From an uncultured Desulfosarcina sp. (GTDB lineage Bacteria > Desulfobacterota > Desulfobacteria > Desulfobacterales > Desulfosarcinaceae): 64,000 nucleotides of DNA. The DNA lies in contig CAXXWQ010000004.1 of assembly GCA_963674945.2 (NCBI GenBank), forward strand, positions 2,720,001 through 2,784,000, given 5' to 3'. How positions within the stretch are numbered: position 1 is the first letter of the stretch; the number at the start of each line of letters is the position of its first letter. This document shows, in pieces, positions 1 to 11,393 of this stretch. The position numbers and the translations under genes are program-made. Under the pieces are notes generated by a model. That model ran no database searches, was not told where the DNA came from, and saw only the letters and a list, made by a program, of their open reading frames with translations.

Positions 1-767
1 GTCATCTTGCCGAATTTCACCGGAATCCGGAGAAACATCTTTTTCAAGGGTTGGCCCTCTTCGTCGTAATACCCCTTGACGTGGCCATCATCGTACCAGT
101 AGGCGGAGTAGGCCTTGTGCGCACCCTCATAACGCGCCGCCAGAATCGTTCCGTCTTTGATAAAATCGCCATTCTTGTAGCAGCGTTCATAGACGACGGC
201 GATTTTGTCCCCTTTGCGCGGATAGAGGTAAAAATCGATGTCCCAGGCGAAGATATCGGCAATTTTACACGTGAGCGCCGAATCCCCATCGTTTTCGGAA
301 ATGGCCTGGGAAAGAGAGGTTTCGATGGTGAACACCTGGGACACCATCTCTTTGTCCAGTTCGATTTTCCGTTTGTGAACGCGATACGCGCCGTTTTCAT
401 CCCGGACGGCTTCGTATTCATCTGTGGGACTGGTCTTGTACACGAATTTTTGAATGGTGTGCCGGTCGTCCACACACACCCCGTACTCGTCCTTGGGCCG
501 GGAAAACCGAAAATCGAAGATCTCTTTGAAGGAACTGGATAGCGCCAGAATCTCGGCTGCGGGGATATTGTACGCCGCAAGGGTGTCATACAGGGTTCGT
601 TGGCAAAGCCTTCCCTCGATGACACGAATCGAGTGCGGTCGGGCCGCCCTCTCCATGGAAAGGGACACGGATGAACCGTAAGCCGGGCCTGTAGTGGCGA
701 GCAGCAATCCTAGAATGGTGACAAAACGCCGTAACAGCGTTGCGGGCGAATTGAATCGGTACATCAT
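1..767 (-). CDS. M23-family peptidoglycan endopeptidase (MepM/YebA-like), N-terminal part; runs off the window
   Basis: Not in the ORF track. Hand translation from ATG 767 gives a signal-like N-terminus, then IADIFAWDIDFYLYPRKGD...ILAARY...GYYDEEGQPLEKMFLRIPVKFGKM, typical of the region preceding the M23 domain. Confidence 0.8.
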   Translation of the reverse strand, partial: MMYRFNSPATLLRRFVTILGLLLATTGPAYGSSVSLSMERAARPHSIRVIEGRLCQRTLYDTLAAYNIPAAEILALSSSFKEIFDFRFSRPKDEYGVCVDDRHTIQKFVYKTSPTDEYEAVRDENGAYRVHKRKIELDKEMVSQVFTIETSLSQAISENDGDSALTCKIADIFAWDIDFYLYPRKGDKIAVVYERCYKNGDFIKDGTILAARYEGAHKAYSAYWYDDGHVKGYYDEEGQPLKKMFLRIPVKFGKM

Positions 768-927
768 AATCAGTATAACCCCATCGTTTCGATTATGCCG
801 CCCCATGACAAGACAATGAAATCGAATGCGTAAGGGAAAATGAGCAGCATGCATGCGTTTTTTACATTTTTGCGCAATTTCTATATCGGCCGAAAGTAAA
901 ATTAGTTTTGCAAATTCTTAACGGACA

Positions 928-1722
928 CTATCGAATGGTAAATGCTACATACCACCGATTGGCACCTTCCGACAACAGCACATCATCCGGATTGATCTTC
1001 TCCACGACGATATTGTCCACGACGCCGCCTTCCCGGATCATTTTGTTGTTGATCACCACGAACCGTGATCCGGGTTCCGGTGCCCATACCAGGGCCTGGA
1101 GGGTGATTCGCGGATCCTCCCTGTAATTTTTCTCTTCCTCTTTTTTCGCTATTTTGCCGCTGACCGTATTTTCCTCATCTGCCGCAGTATCTTCGACGGG
1201 CTCTTCCATTTTTTCGTAGGACGTCTCAACACCGGAAGCCGGCACGTCGGATGCGGGCGTCGCCGTGGCGACGGCAGGAGACTTGGCTGCGCCTTTTACC
1301 GATGCATCTTTTCGGGAAATGGCGTTGGGAGCAACGGCCGTGAAATATCTGTCCGTTTGCTTTGACCCGGATACCGTGGCAGGATCCGCACCAACGGCGG
1401 TTTTTCCGAAGAGCTGCGCCGGGGACGAATCGTTTTTTTCCGGAGCCCCGTTATCGGGGTGCGAGCCCCTGGTACGGGTATCTTCCGTGGATGCCGGAAC
1501 CACTGTTTCGGCACTGTTTCGGGGACCGGCCCATCTGACCTGCCAGTAGGCCAGGCCCGAAACAGCCAGCACTGCGATGAAACCGGCAAGCATCCACCAT
1601 CGCCGCCTGCCACCATCGGATGAAGACGGCATGGAAGAGGGCGCTTGCCATGGCATGGTCGACCCGGTCTGGGCGGCGGATTCCATTTCGACTTTTTTCA
1701 ATGCCTTTAAAATGGAACTCAA
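928..1722 (-). CDS. gspB: General secretion pathway protein B (GspB/ExeB-like)
   Basis: MSSILKALKK N-terminus, one TM helix, low-complexity linker, C-terminal LQALVW..RFVVINNKMIREG domain; directly downstream of ExeA. Confidence 0.8.
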   Translation of the reverse strand: MSSILKALKKVEMESAAQTGSTMPWQAPSSMPSSSDGGRRRWWMLAGFIAVLAVSGLAYWQVRWAGPRNSAETVVPASTEDTRTRGSHPDNGAPEKNDSSPAQLFGKTAVGADPATVSGSKQTDRYFTAVAPNAISRKDASVKGAAKSPAVATATPASDVPASGVETSYEKMEEPVEDTAADEENTVSGKIAKKEEEKNYREDPRITLQALVWAPEPGSRFVVINNKMIREGGVVDNIVVEKINPDDVLLSEGANRWYVAFTIR

Positions 1723-1748
1723 CTGTCCTTATCCTCCATCAACAATCC

Positions 1749-3548
1749 TCAGCCTGCTGAGGATTCCACCAGGCGCGGAATGGTGAGCGCATGGTCCTCA
1801 TTATACAGTACGATTTTCGTCAAAGGCCCCACCATGCCATCCGCATCCAGTCCGTTTCGTCGCTGTATCTTCTCTACCACCATCCGGGTGGCGGTATCAT
1901 AGGCGGGATTCAAGGAACGCATGGGATACCCCAGATTTTTCAGGTGAACTTTAAACGATAGAATCACCTCACCTGGCGATGAGACCGGTATGATACCGGT
2001 ATAGTTATAAAAATTACGCCACAGAACATGGGCCGTCCCGTTCCATGCGTCGGCAATCGATTCGGGTTCGGCATCGAAGGCGACATCACCATTTGACAAT
2101 CGAATTTTCGATTCAGGCAGACCGATCACCGCCAAATATCGGTTACCGCCGCCGTCTTCGCGAGGAAATTCCAATATTGCCGGTAAATTGAGCTTCTTTA
2201 TCAGGTTGAGATTGCCCTGGACCCGCAGATATTCCAAGGCATTGTTTTTTGCAGCCACACGAAAATAGGTCGGCGCATCACCCCCTTCCATGGGCAAGGG
2301 AAGAAGGGTCGGGTCTTTTCTTTTCCACTGGTTCAAGACAGCCCGCAGCGCCTGTTCCCTGGAGTTTGTACCATCGGTCTCGGCGAGGACCTGTTCGAGA
2401 CCGGGGGCCGCCGGTTGGAAGATGGTTTCGGATTCTTGTGTCGCGACCTGGGATTTTTTTTCCGGTTCCGTCGAGACCGGGATATCCGATGGCGGCGGCG
2501 ACGTGCCGGGTTCCATTGTATCCGGCGCTTCCGGATCTTCCGTCAAAACGGAAACCGTTTGGGAGGTTGGGGAAGGCGATGGATCCCCACTGGAAATCGA
2601 GGTCTTCGTATCTGCCATGGTGATGGGAAACCGGTCGAAAATCCGCATTCCGAAAATCAGCGCCACCGCAACCACAACCATGAAGGCCAAAAGACCCCAT
2701 GCCAGCGGTTTCTTGAACATGATGGACCGGTCCGAACGATCGATCTTTCCTTCCAATTCATTTATCGCCTGCTTTACCAGCGACTGGGTGATCTCTCTTT
2801 TTCCCTGTGTAAAGGCAATCAGTAAGGATCGCTCGCATACGATGTTAATGCGTCGGGGAACGCCGCCGGCAAATCTGAAGATGGACCGAAATGCGCCCTT
2901 TGTGAAGGAAAGACCGGGGTTGTGGGAAGCGATGTGGATGCGATGGTCAATGTACGCCCGGGTCTCGGCAAAGCTCAGGGGAACCAGGTGACAGCTCAGG
3001 GAAATTCGTTGGCTCAATTGGCGAAGGCCATCGGTTTCCAGCAGTTCGTCCAACTCCGGCTGGCCCACCAAAATAATCTGCAGGAGTTTACTGGTGGTGG
3101 TTTCCAGGTTGGACAACAGCCGCAGCTGCTCCAGCACGTCGGTCTGTAAGTTCTGTGCCTCGTCCACCAACAGGACGACCCGTTTGTTCTGGGCTTTTTT
3201 TTCCAGGAGAAAGCGGTTGAACCGGTCGATGAGGCGCTTCACCGAATTGGTGTCGGAAGGAATGGCGAATTCGTCGTTGATGGCCTTGAGCAACTGGATG
3301 GCGTCGAGTTTGGGATTGAAGATGTAGGCCGCCTCGGTATCGTCCTCCAGGTTTTCCAGAAACATGCGGCATAGGGTGGTTTTACCGGTTCCCACCTCCC
3401 CGGTAATGGCCACGAATCCCTCTCCGTAGGCCACCGCATAATTGAGGTGCGCCAGCACCTCTTCGTGGATCCGGGAAAGGTAGAGGTAGGCCGGGTTGGG
3501 AACCAGCTTGAAGGGTCTCTCCTTCAATCCGAAAAATTGGTTGTACAT
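1749..3548 (-). CDS. exeA: ExeA/GspA AAA ATPase with C-terminal peptidoglycan-binding domain
   Basis: MYNQFFGLKERPF start, Walker A GEVGTGKT, Walker B VDEAQ, TM helix, C-terminal QRRNGLDADGMVGPLT. Confidence 0.88.
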   Translation of the reverse strand: MYNQFFGLKERPFKLVPNPAYLYLSRIHEEVLAHLNYAVAYGEGFVAITGEVGTGKTTLCRMFLENLEDDTEAAYIFNPKLDAIQLLKAINDEFAIPSDTNSVKRLIDRFNRFLLEKKAQNKRVVLLVDEAQNLQTDVLEQLRLLSNLETTTSKLLQIILVGQPELDELLETDGLRQLSQRISLSCHLVPLSFAETRAYIDHRIHIASHNPGLSFTKGAFRSIFRFAGGVPRRINIVCERSLLIAFTQGKREITQSLVKQAINELEGKIDRSDRSIMFKKPLAWGLLAFMVVVAVALIFGMRIFDRFPITMADTKTSISSGDPSPSPTSQTVSVLTEDPEAPDTMEPGTSPPPSDIPVSTEPEKKSQVATQESETIFQPAAPGLEQVLAETDGTNSREQALRAVLNQWKRKDPTLLPLPMEGGDAPTYFRVAAKNNALEYLRVQGNLNLIKKLNLPAILEFPREDGGGNRYLAVIGLPESKIRLSNGDVAFDAEPESIADAWNGTAHVLWRNFYNYTGIIPVSSPGEVILSFKVHLKNLGYPMRSLNPAYDTATRMVVEKIQRRNGLDADGMVGPLTKIVLYNEDHALTIPRLVESSAG

Positions 3549-3659
3549 GAATGCCTTTTTACATCCCCGTTGAAGGATCGGCCGACAGAGAACGCGCCGC
3601 CTGCTGGGTTTCATACCACGATTCAGAAAGCTTTCGGATCGCGGTCCATAAAAATCACC

Positions 3660-4490
3660 CTACTGGGCGATTTTACTGTTCCGGTTCTGAATGTAACCGT
3701 TGCGAAACGCCTCGTAGGGGTCCAAGGCGGCATTTTTCAAGGCTTCATAGTCGCCGATGCGAAAGGATGTGTCGTTTACGGTTCGCACACCGTAGACGAC
3801 CACGCTGGTAACGTCGGAGGTCAGCACGCCGGCGTCCAGATCGACCAATTTCATGAATGAAAAGGGATTCAACACCCAATCCCCGAGGCCCCCCACCGTA
3901 TCGCGCAGGGTGGAGGGGCCCAACACCGGCCATACGATGTAGAATCCGTTTCCCGCACCGTAATGCCCGAATGTCTGGCCCATGTCCTCTTCCGGCGGGT
4001 TCAGCTCGGGATAATCGCCCGCGGGATTGAATATGCCCCCTACGCCAATAATGGAGTTGACCGCGAATCGGCCAAACTCGCCTTCGGCGGCCTTGAACTT
4101 GCCCTGCAACAGGCAGTTCACCAATCGAACGGGCATTAACAGATTGAAGAAAAAATTCTTCACGCCCAACCGCACCGGCGTCGGGACGACAACCTTATAC
4201 CCCGACGCCACCGGTTTGAGGACCCAGAAGTAAAGCTTGTCATTGACCACAAACATGGCCCGGTTGAAGCCCACGATGGGATCGGATACCGTCTCCATCA
4301 TCGGTTGACCCTCTTCAAAAGGATCTTCCAGACCGTCATCGAAGGGATCGAAAAGAACCTCTTCTTGTGATTCAGCGGATTCTTCGGAATTTTTGAAAAC
4401 AGGATCATCGGCATGGGCAACGCCGGTGAACACCAGAAGCGCCACAAAGATCATCAAGTATTTGCCGTAGGTCAACATGAATCGAATCAT
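3660..4490 (-). CDS. mlaA: VacJ/MlaA family phospholipid-transport protein
   Basis: DPIVGFNRAMFVVND, EDMGQTFGHYG, WPVLGPSTLRD, DPYEAFRNGYIQNR motifs. Confidence 0.9.
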   Translation of the reverse strand: MIRFMLTYGKYLMIFVALLVFTGVAHADDPVFKNSEESAESQEEVLFDPFDDGLEDPFEEGQPMMETVSDPIVGFNRAMFVVNDKLYFWVLKPVASGYKVVVPTPVRLGVKNFFFNLLMPVRLVNCLLQGKFKAAEGEFGRFAVNSIIGVGGIFNPAGDYPELNPPEEDMGQTFGHYGAGNGFYIVWPVLGPSTLRDTVGGLGDWVLNPFSFMKLVDLDAGVLTSDVTSVVVYGVRTVNDTSFRIGDYEALKNAALDPYEAFRNGYIQNRNSKIAQ

Positions 4491-4543
4491 CGTCGAAAAC
4501 AGGGCACCCGGTTGTCGTGTTCGTGTTTTGTACCCACAATGTA

Positions 4544-5167
4544 TCAGCTTTCAGATAGCTGCTTGCGCTGTTCCGCCAGCTTTTCGTTGAGTCGTTGGAT
4601 CAGCTGGGCCGGCTTTTCCTTCTGCAGGATGTTGGCAAACTGTGTACGATAGTTTTTCACCAGGCTTATCCCCTCAACGATGATATCGTATACCCGCCAT
4701 TGGCCGTCATCGTTTTTGAAGAGCCTGTAATCCACTGCAATTTTAGTACTTTCTCGAACAATTTGGGTCTTCACTTCGGCATAGGTATCCTTGTACAGAT
4801 TCTGTTCGAGATAAACGATCTGCTCGTTGTGATATTCACCCTGGATTTTATCGATGTAGGTATTGCCCAAAAACTCGGAAAACACATCGGTAAAACTCGC
4901 TTTTTCCGTATCTGCGAAATCAGACCAGTTTCGTGCGACGGCGCGCCGGGAGACCTCATTGAAATCGAACATGGGTTTTACGACTTTCCAGATCTCATCC
5001 CGCTGTGCGGACCTGGTATTCGAATCCTTGTATTTGGGATCATTCAGAATCTTGATTGCGGTATCGATGGGGCCCTTGATAGCCGCCATGGGTTCCATGG
5101 AAAATGCCAAGACCGGCAAAACCAGCAATATACAGGCTACCGTGCCGGCGATCGTCTTCTGGATCAT
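4544..5167 (-). CDS. mlaC: MlaC/Ttg2D phospholipid-binding periplasmic protein
   Basis: Signal peptide; WRVYDIIVEGISLVKNYRTQF motif; adjacent to mlaA. Confidence 0.9.
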   Translation of the reverse strand: MIQKTIAGTVACILLVLPVLAFSMEPMAAIKGPIDTAIKILNDPKYKDSNTRSAQRDEIWKVVKPMFDFNEVSRRAVARNWSDFADTEKASFTDVFSEFLGNTYIDKIQGEYHNEQIVYLEQNLYKDTYAEVKTQIVRESTKIAVDYRLFKNDDGQWRVYDIIVEGISLVKNYRTQFANILQKEKPAQLIQRLNEKLAEQRKQLSES

Positions 5168-5614
5168 TGGTGCCTCCAACAGGTGATTTGTGCATCCGTC
5201 GACAGTGTATCGAGGCAACGACGGGTGAAGGTGATTGCTGACGATCACCCGTCCATGAAAGGCCAATTTGCCCGATATCTGCAGTATACGAAAAATTTCA
5301 TCCTCGAAATAGCAACCATATACACCCCAAGGGCACTTTCCTCGGGGCTTCTCCGGTAAAATTTTTCGAAGGCTTCGAAGTCCTTGAACTCGACCAACAT
5401 TACCGATCTATGGGCGGACAATACCCAAAGTATTTAGAAATAACTGACATTTCGGGTAAAGTAAAGAATAAGATCGACGACGGGCGCCGAATCAATCGGT
5501 TTTGCGGTGGTCACCGCGAGGATTATGAGCTTTTGTTCGATATGCTTGACTTCGATAAGACCATTTCATAAAGTCGGGATTCAAGATATTCTTCAAAAGC
5601 CAAAGGAGATCGCC

Positions 5615-6370
5615 ATGACCGACAAGACACCAGATTCAATCGAAGCGTTGCCTGAGGAAAAGATCGCTCGCCTCGTAATGGATTTCATGCACCGCACCAT
5701 CATCCACTATGCCTTGTGGTTCACCGAAATTCGCCACCAGCTGGGTATGGAAAAAGCGCTTGCGGCTCTCTCCGTGGCATCGGAAAAAAGTATCGGAATT
5801 CAGCTCAACCGGCTATCCAAAATCCTTGGATTCAAGATGCAAGACGCCATTCCAGCCCCATTACTTCAGATGGAGAAAAAGGACCTGCTGGCGCTGTTGG
5901 ACGGAACGGCCATCAACTGGCTGGCAAATGACGGGGTTTGGTTCCAATCCGTTGAATTCACCAGCGGCATGAACGACGCCAAGCGCTGCAACGATACGTG
6001 TTGGGCTCACTTTTCGCCCTTCGAGGCATGGGCCATCAAGCGGTTTCTGGGCCTTGGCGATCGCTGCGGATTGCAGGGATTAAAAAAAGCGCTTCAATTC
6101 CGGGTCTACGCGCGCGTCAACGTGCAGTCCTTTGTCGACGACGGCCCGGATGCCTTTATTTTCCACATGAATGATTGCAGGGTCCAGTCGGCCAGAAAGC
6201 GCAAAGGACTGGACGACTACCCGTGCAAATCCGGCGGATTGGTTGAGTACACCTATTTTGCCCAAGCCATTGACGATCGAATCCGGGCCGAATGCATCGG
6301 CTGCCCTCCCGACGACCATCCGGACGAATGGTATTGCGCCTGGCGCTTTTCATTGGATCAATCGTCCTAA
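5615..6370 (+). CDS. DUF6125-like protein with Cys-rich C-terminus
   Basis: RBS AAGGAG before ATG 5615; WLANDGVWFQ, CRVQSARKRKGL..YPCK, CIGCPPD...YCAW. Confidence 0.7.
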   Translation: MTDKTPDSIEALPEEKIARLVMDFMHRTIIHYALWFTEIRHQLGMEKALAALSVASEKSIGIQLNRLSKILGFKMQDAIPAPLLQMEKKDLLALLDGTAINWLANDGVWFQSVEFTSGMNDAKRCNDTCWAHFSPFEAWAIKRFLGLGDRCGLQGLKKALQFRVYARVNVQSFVDDGPDAFIFHMNDCRVQSARKRKGLDDYPCKSGGLVEYTYFAQAIDDRIRAECIGCPPDDHPDEWYCAWRFSLDQSS

Positions 6371-6515
6371 ACGGATCGTCGATCCCGTGCGGCCGCGATC
6401 TTATTGTCCGAATCGCCGTCCCGATGCAAAATGGGCTAATGCCTGGCGAAAAATGACCGATGTTAGAACATGACTGTAGGTTCGTCGCATTTGTTACCGC
6501 CAACTTGCATCAAGG

Positions 6516-7376
6516 ATGAATTGGATAATGGATCATCTTTCCGCAATATTGAAAAGAGTCAAGAAACTGGACCCCATTCCGGTGGTCATACACCGGGTTC
6601 TCGAACTGGCCAATGACCCGGATGCCCCTCTGAAGGATATGGTTGCCGTCGTCGAACGGGATCCGGCCATCACCGCCAACCTGTTAAAAATGGTCAACTC
6701 CGCCTACATGGGTCTTCCCGTGAAGGTCGATTCGGTCCATCAGGCGGTCTCCATGCTTGGAGCGCAGCAGGTTGTGGAATTGGTCATGTCCCAGAACCTG
6801 TCGGGCAATTTGAACCGCGCCCAAAAAGGCTATGGACTGGCCAGGGGAGACCTGTGGCGTCAGAGCCTGTCCGTTGCCATGGTGGCACGCACCCTGGCAA
6901 GCCAGCGGGACCTGATGAGCCTGCCGGCCATCTATACCGCGGCGCTGTTAAAGGATATCGGCAAAGTGATTCTCCATGAATTCGTCGGCGATCAGCTTCA
7001 GGACATACAAAAAGCCGTTACGGAACATGGCATGAGCTTCGTCGAGGCCGAAAACGATGTTTTGGGAATGGATCACACCATCGTGGGCGGTATCATCGCC
7101 AAGCAGTGGAACTTCAGCCCCCATATGACCTATATGATCGAAAATCACCACCTGACCAACGAAGCGGCCCGCACCGACCCGGCCACATCCACCCTCTATC
7201 TGGCCGACATGGTGGCCATGATGGTGGATACGGGCGTCGGCGTGGACCGGCTCGCCTACCATGTGTATCAGGATGTCTTCAATGACTTCTTTCCCGACAA
7301 ACAGCAGGTAAAATCGCTCATGATCACCTACAAGAGCTACCGGCGGGAAATCAAGGAGTTCATGGAGACCACGTGA
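6516..7376 (+). CDS. HDOD domain signal-transduction protein
   Basis: DPAITANLLKMVNSA, ALLKDIGK, E..LGMDH..G..IAKQW motifs. Confidence 0.88.
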   Translation: MNWIMDHLSAILKRVKKLDPIPVVIHRVLELANDPDAPLKDMVAVVERDPAITANLLKMVNSAYMGLPVKVDSVHQAVSMLGAQQVVELVMSQNLSGNLNRAQKGYGLARGDLWRQSLSVAMVARTLASQRDLMSLPAIYTAALLKDIGKVILHEFVGDQLQDIQKAVTEHGMSFVEAENDVLGMDHTIVGGIIAKQWNFSPHMTYMIENHHLTNEAARTDPATSTLYLADMVAMMVDTGVGVDRLAYHVYQDVFNDFFPDKQQVKSLMITYKSYRREIKEFMETT

Positions 7377-7674
7377 TGTAGAGGGAACAAATGAGGGACG
7401 ATGGAAGCGGGATGAAACGGTATCGCGCGTATCATCTTTTGTCCCGCATCCTTCGTCCTTCCTTTTCAATCCCATTGAACAAAAGGAAAACCGGCCATGA
7501 CGCCGAAAAAGAACGAGGTCCCAACGCGGCCAGCCTGCTTTCAACCTCGCCTTCCTTGACAATGGGCCTGCCACAATTACCTTTCCCATCATAAGTCCGC
7601 CTCACCCGATTTTTCTAGATCGGAAGGCACCGACGGAGCCGTGGAAAAAAAGGGATCCGTTACTCTTCCACTGA

Positions 7675-9033
<1,359 letters not shown>

Positions 9034-9055
9034 TTATTTGCGGATGCAGATTCGG

Positions 9056-9706
9056 TCAGTGGTAGGGCGGAACCCACCACACCGGTTCAACGAACCGCAT
9101 ACCGATGGACAGTTCCGAATCGGTCTGTGCAATGTCTGTGATTTTCGCCGGCGCCACCTGTTCCCCGGGAATGCCGGGAAATTCACAGCGAAGGGTGACC
9201 GCATCATCCACCTGCAGGGATGCGGGTTGGGCCGATGCATTGGATTGAAAAACACATCGTGCACCGTTTTTGCTGATGTCACGGATGATGCCGACGAGAA
9301 CCAGGCCCTTGTCAATGGCCTCGAAAGTGGCCGATACGGTGCACCGCGTTCGTTTGCTGTCGCGCAGTTCGAATGTTTCAACCGTTTTGGGGGCCTGGAT
9401 TCGCCACAAGCGTAGCGGATGGTCGATGACCTCGAGAAGCGTCGAGGCAAATTCGATCATTTGTGCGTTGCAAAGACACAGACATTGTATGCTCTCCTCC
9501 GGCGCCGGAGATCCGCGTTCCTCACAAAGCGGTACCACGATATAGTCTCCGGTTTCTCCCGTCCCGACATAAAGAGATTCGGTGGCCCCGGCACCATCGG
9601 CGACGACGATTTTGATTCGATCTCCCTTTTCCAAGGTCAACGCAGGTGTTCCCATCCAGATGGTTTCTCCCCTCATAAAATTGTCGAACCGTTGAATATT
9701 TTTCAA
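9056..9706 (-). CDS. PilZ-domain (flagellar-brake-like) c-di-GMP-binding protein
   Basis: RDSKR (RxxxR) and DISKNG (DxSxxG) motifs. Confidence 0.8.
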   Translation of the reverse strand: MKNIQRFDNFMRGETIWMGTPALTLEKGDRIKIVVADGAGATESLYVGTGETGDYIVVPLCEERGSPAPEESIQCLCLCNAQMIEFASTLLEVIDHPLRLWRIQAPKTVETFELRDSKRTRCTVSATFEAIDKGLVLVGIIRDISKNGARCVFQSNASAQPASLQVDDAVTLRCEFPGIPGEQVAPAKITDIAQTDSELSIGMRFVEPVWWVPPYH

Positions 9707-9763
9707 TGTCTATCGAAAAATAGTACACATCGCCGTCGTAGCTGTAAAGAGAAGATCACACAT

Positions 9764-9895
9764 GCCGTTGGGTGCCACCAGGCCGATACGGTCCCATTCG
9801 TGCGTGTGGAAGTCGAGATGATTCAAGATCATCGGGCCGCCGGGATAGCCAAAGCAGATCCGGGCCAGGTTGAGAATGACAGGACGCATGGACAA
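9764..9895 (-). pseudogene. 5' remnant of an ECF/CbiO-type ABC ATPase
   Basis: ILNLARICFGYPGGPMILNHLDF...DRIGLVAPNG resembles an ABC ATPase start; similarity stops inside Walker A. Confidence 0.6.
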
Positions 9896-10052
9896 CGGCT
9901 TTCCAATCGGTTATGGATTGGATTTTGCGCTTTTTATATGGTAGACGAAATCCGTTTCAAAGAGCGATGTTGCTTTTTTCCGTCCAGAAAACCCGGTGCC
10001 CTGGACCGGAATTTTTACTGAAATCCATGGCATCTGCAGCCCGAGACGCTAC

Positions 10053-11393
10053 ATGAAAAGCACGACGCACCCCACTCATTTGATCGTTTTCGGTCGGTAT
10101 CCCAGACCCGGGGGAACCAAGACCCGGCTGATCCCTGCGTTGGGCCCGGTGGGTGCGGCGGCACTGCAGAAATGCCTTACCGAACAGATCGTAACCGAGA
10201 CGAAAAAGTGGGCCCGGCGTCGCGGCGTCACCATTGTCTTTTGCCATCACGGGGCGACTTCGAATCAGATGATCCGATGGCTGGGCCAGGAGGAAATGAC
10301 CTATCAGACCCAATCTGCAGGCGACTTGGGCCGCCGCATGCTGTTTGCCATCCAAACCTCCTTTGCAAAAGGCGCCCGGCGCGTGCTGCTCATGGGAACG
10401 GATGTCTTGCGGGTCACATCGGCGACGCTGGACGAGGCGTTGAATGCCTTGAATCGGCGGGACATCGTCCTGGGTCCCAGCACCGACGGCGGCTACTGGC
10501 TGGTGGGGATGTCCCGGCCCGTGGATCTGTTTGCCGGCATCGCCTGGAGCCGGCCGGATGTCCTTGAAAAAACAATCAAACTTGCGGACATAAAGGGATC
10601 GAAGCCCTTTCTGCTGACGACATTGACGGATCTGGATACGCCGGCTGACCTGGGCCGTGAAGGGGTGACATCAAAAATAACAGCACCGTATGTGTCGGTG
10701 ATCATCCCCACCCTCAACGAGGAGAGGCATCTTGCGCCTACCCTTGCAGCCGCACGATCGGTGGATGCGGAAATCATCGTATCGGATGGCGGAAGTACGG
10801 ATCGTTCCGTCGAACTGGCGAGGTCCATGGGGGCCCGCGTCGTCTTCGGAAAGCCGGGCCGTGCCGTCCAGCAGAACCGGGGCGCATGGGCCGCGAGGGG
10901 CCGGGTATTGCTCTTCCTTCACGCCGATACCCGGCTGCCGCCGGATTACGGTACGCATATTTTCCATACCCTCATGGATCGCGAAATCATCCTGGGCGCC
11001 TTTGGGTTCGGCACCGATCTACAAACGCCTGCCATGGAAAAGATCGCCCTCCTGGCCAATCTTCGGGCCAAATGGCTTCACATGCCATACGGCGACCAGG
11101 GGCTGTTCCTTCGCAGGACCGATTTTCTCAAAGTCGGCGGATTTCCCGATCAACCCATCGCCGAGGATCTGTTTCTGGTCCGCCGCCTGCGCCGCCGGGG
11201 CCGCATCGCCATCGCACCGGCCGTGGTCACCACATCCGCAAGACGCTGGCGTCGTTTAGGGATTTTGCGGACGACGCTGATCAACACCATCATCGCAATC
11301 GGATGCATCGCCGGTGTGGCACCCGAACGACTGGCCACCTTGTACCGCTTGCCGAAACGGCCAAAACATGAGCAAACCGAAACGAGTGCATAG
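10053..11393 (+). CDS. Fusion of DUF2064/TIGR04282-like transferase and GT2 TIGR04283-like glycosyltransferase
   Basis: N-half: KTRL, GDLGRRM, GTD, LGPSTDGGYWLVG, DLDTPADL; C-half: SVIIPTLNEE, DGGSTD, FLHADT, YGDQG, TSARRW. Confidence 0.85.
   Translation: MKSTTHPTHLIVFGRYPRPGGTKTRLIPALGPVGAAALQKCLTEQIVTETKKWARRRGVTIVFCHHGATSNQMIRWLGQEEMTYQTQSAGDLGRRMLFAIQTSFAKGARRVLLMGTDVLRVTSATLDEALNALNRRDIVLGPSTDGGYWLVGMSRPVDLFAGIAWSRPDVLEKTIKLADIKGSKPFLLTTLTDLDTPADLGREGVTSKITAPYVSVIIPTLNEERHLAPTLAAARSVDAEIIVSDGGSTDRSVELARSMGARVVFGKPGRAVQQNRGAWAARGRVLLFLHADTRLPPDYGTHIFHTLMDREIILGAFGFGTDLQTPAMEKIALLANLRAKWLHMPYGDQGLFLRRTDFLKVGGFPDQPIAEDLFLVRRLRRRGRIAIAPAVVTTSARRWRRLGILRTTLINTIIAIGCIAGVAPERLATLYRLPKRPKHEQTETSA

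Noticed and set aside
44..681. ORF-track ORFs 44..625(-), 51..542(+), 454..681(+)
   Set aside because: Shadow frames of the M23 peptidase gene (767 to <1, minus strand)
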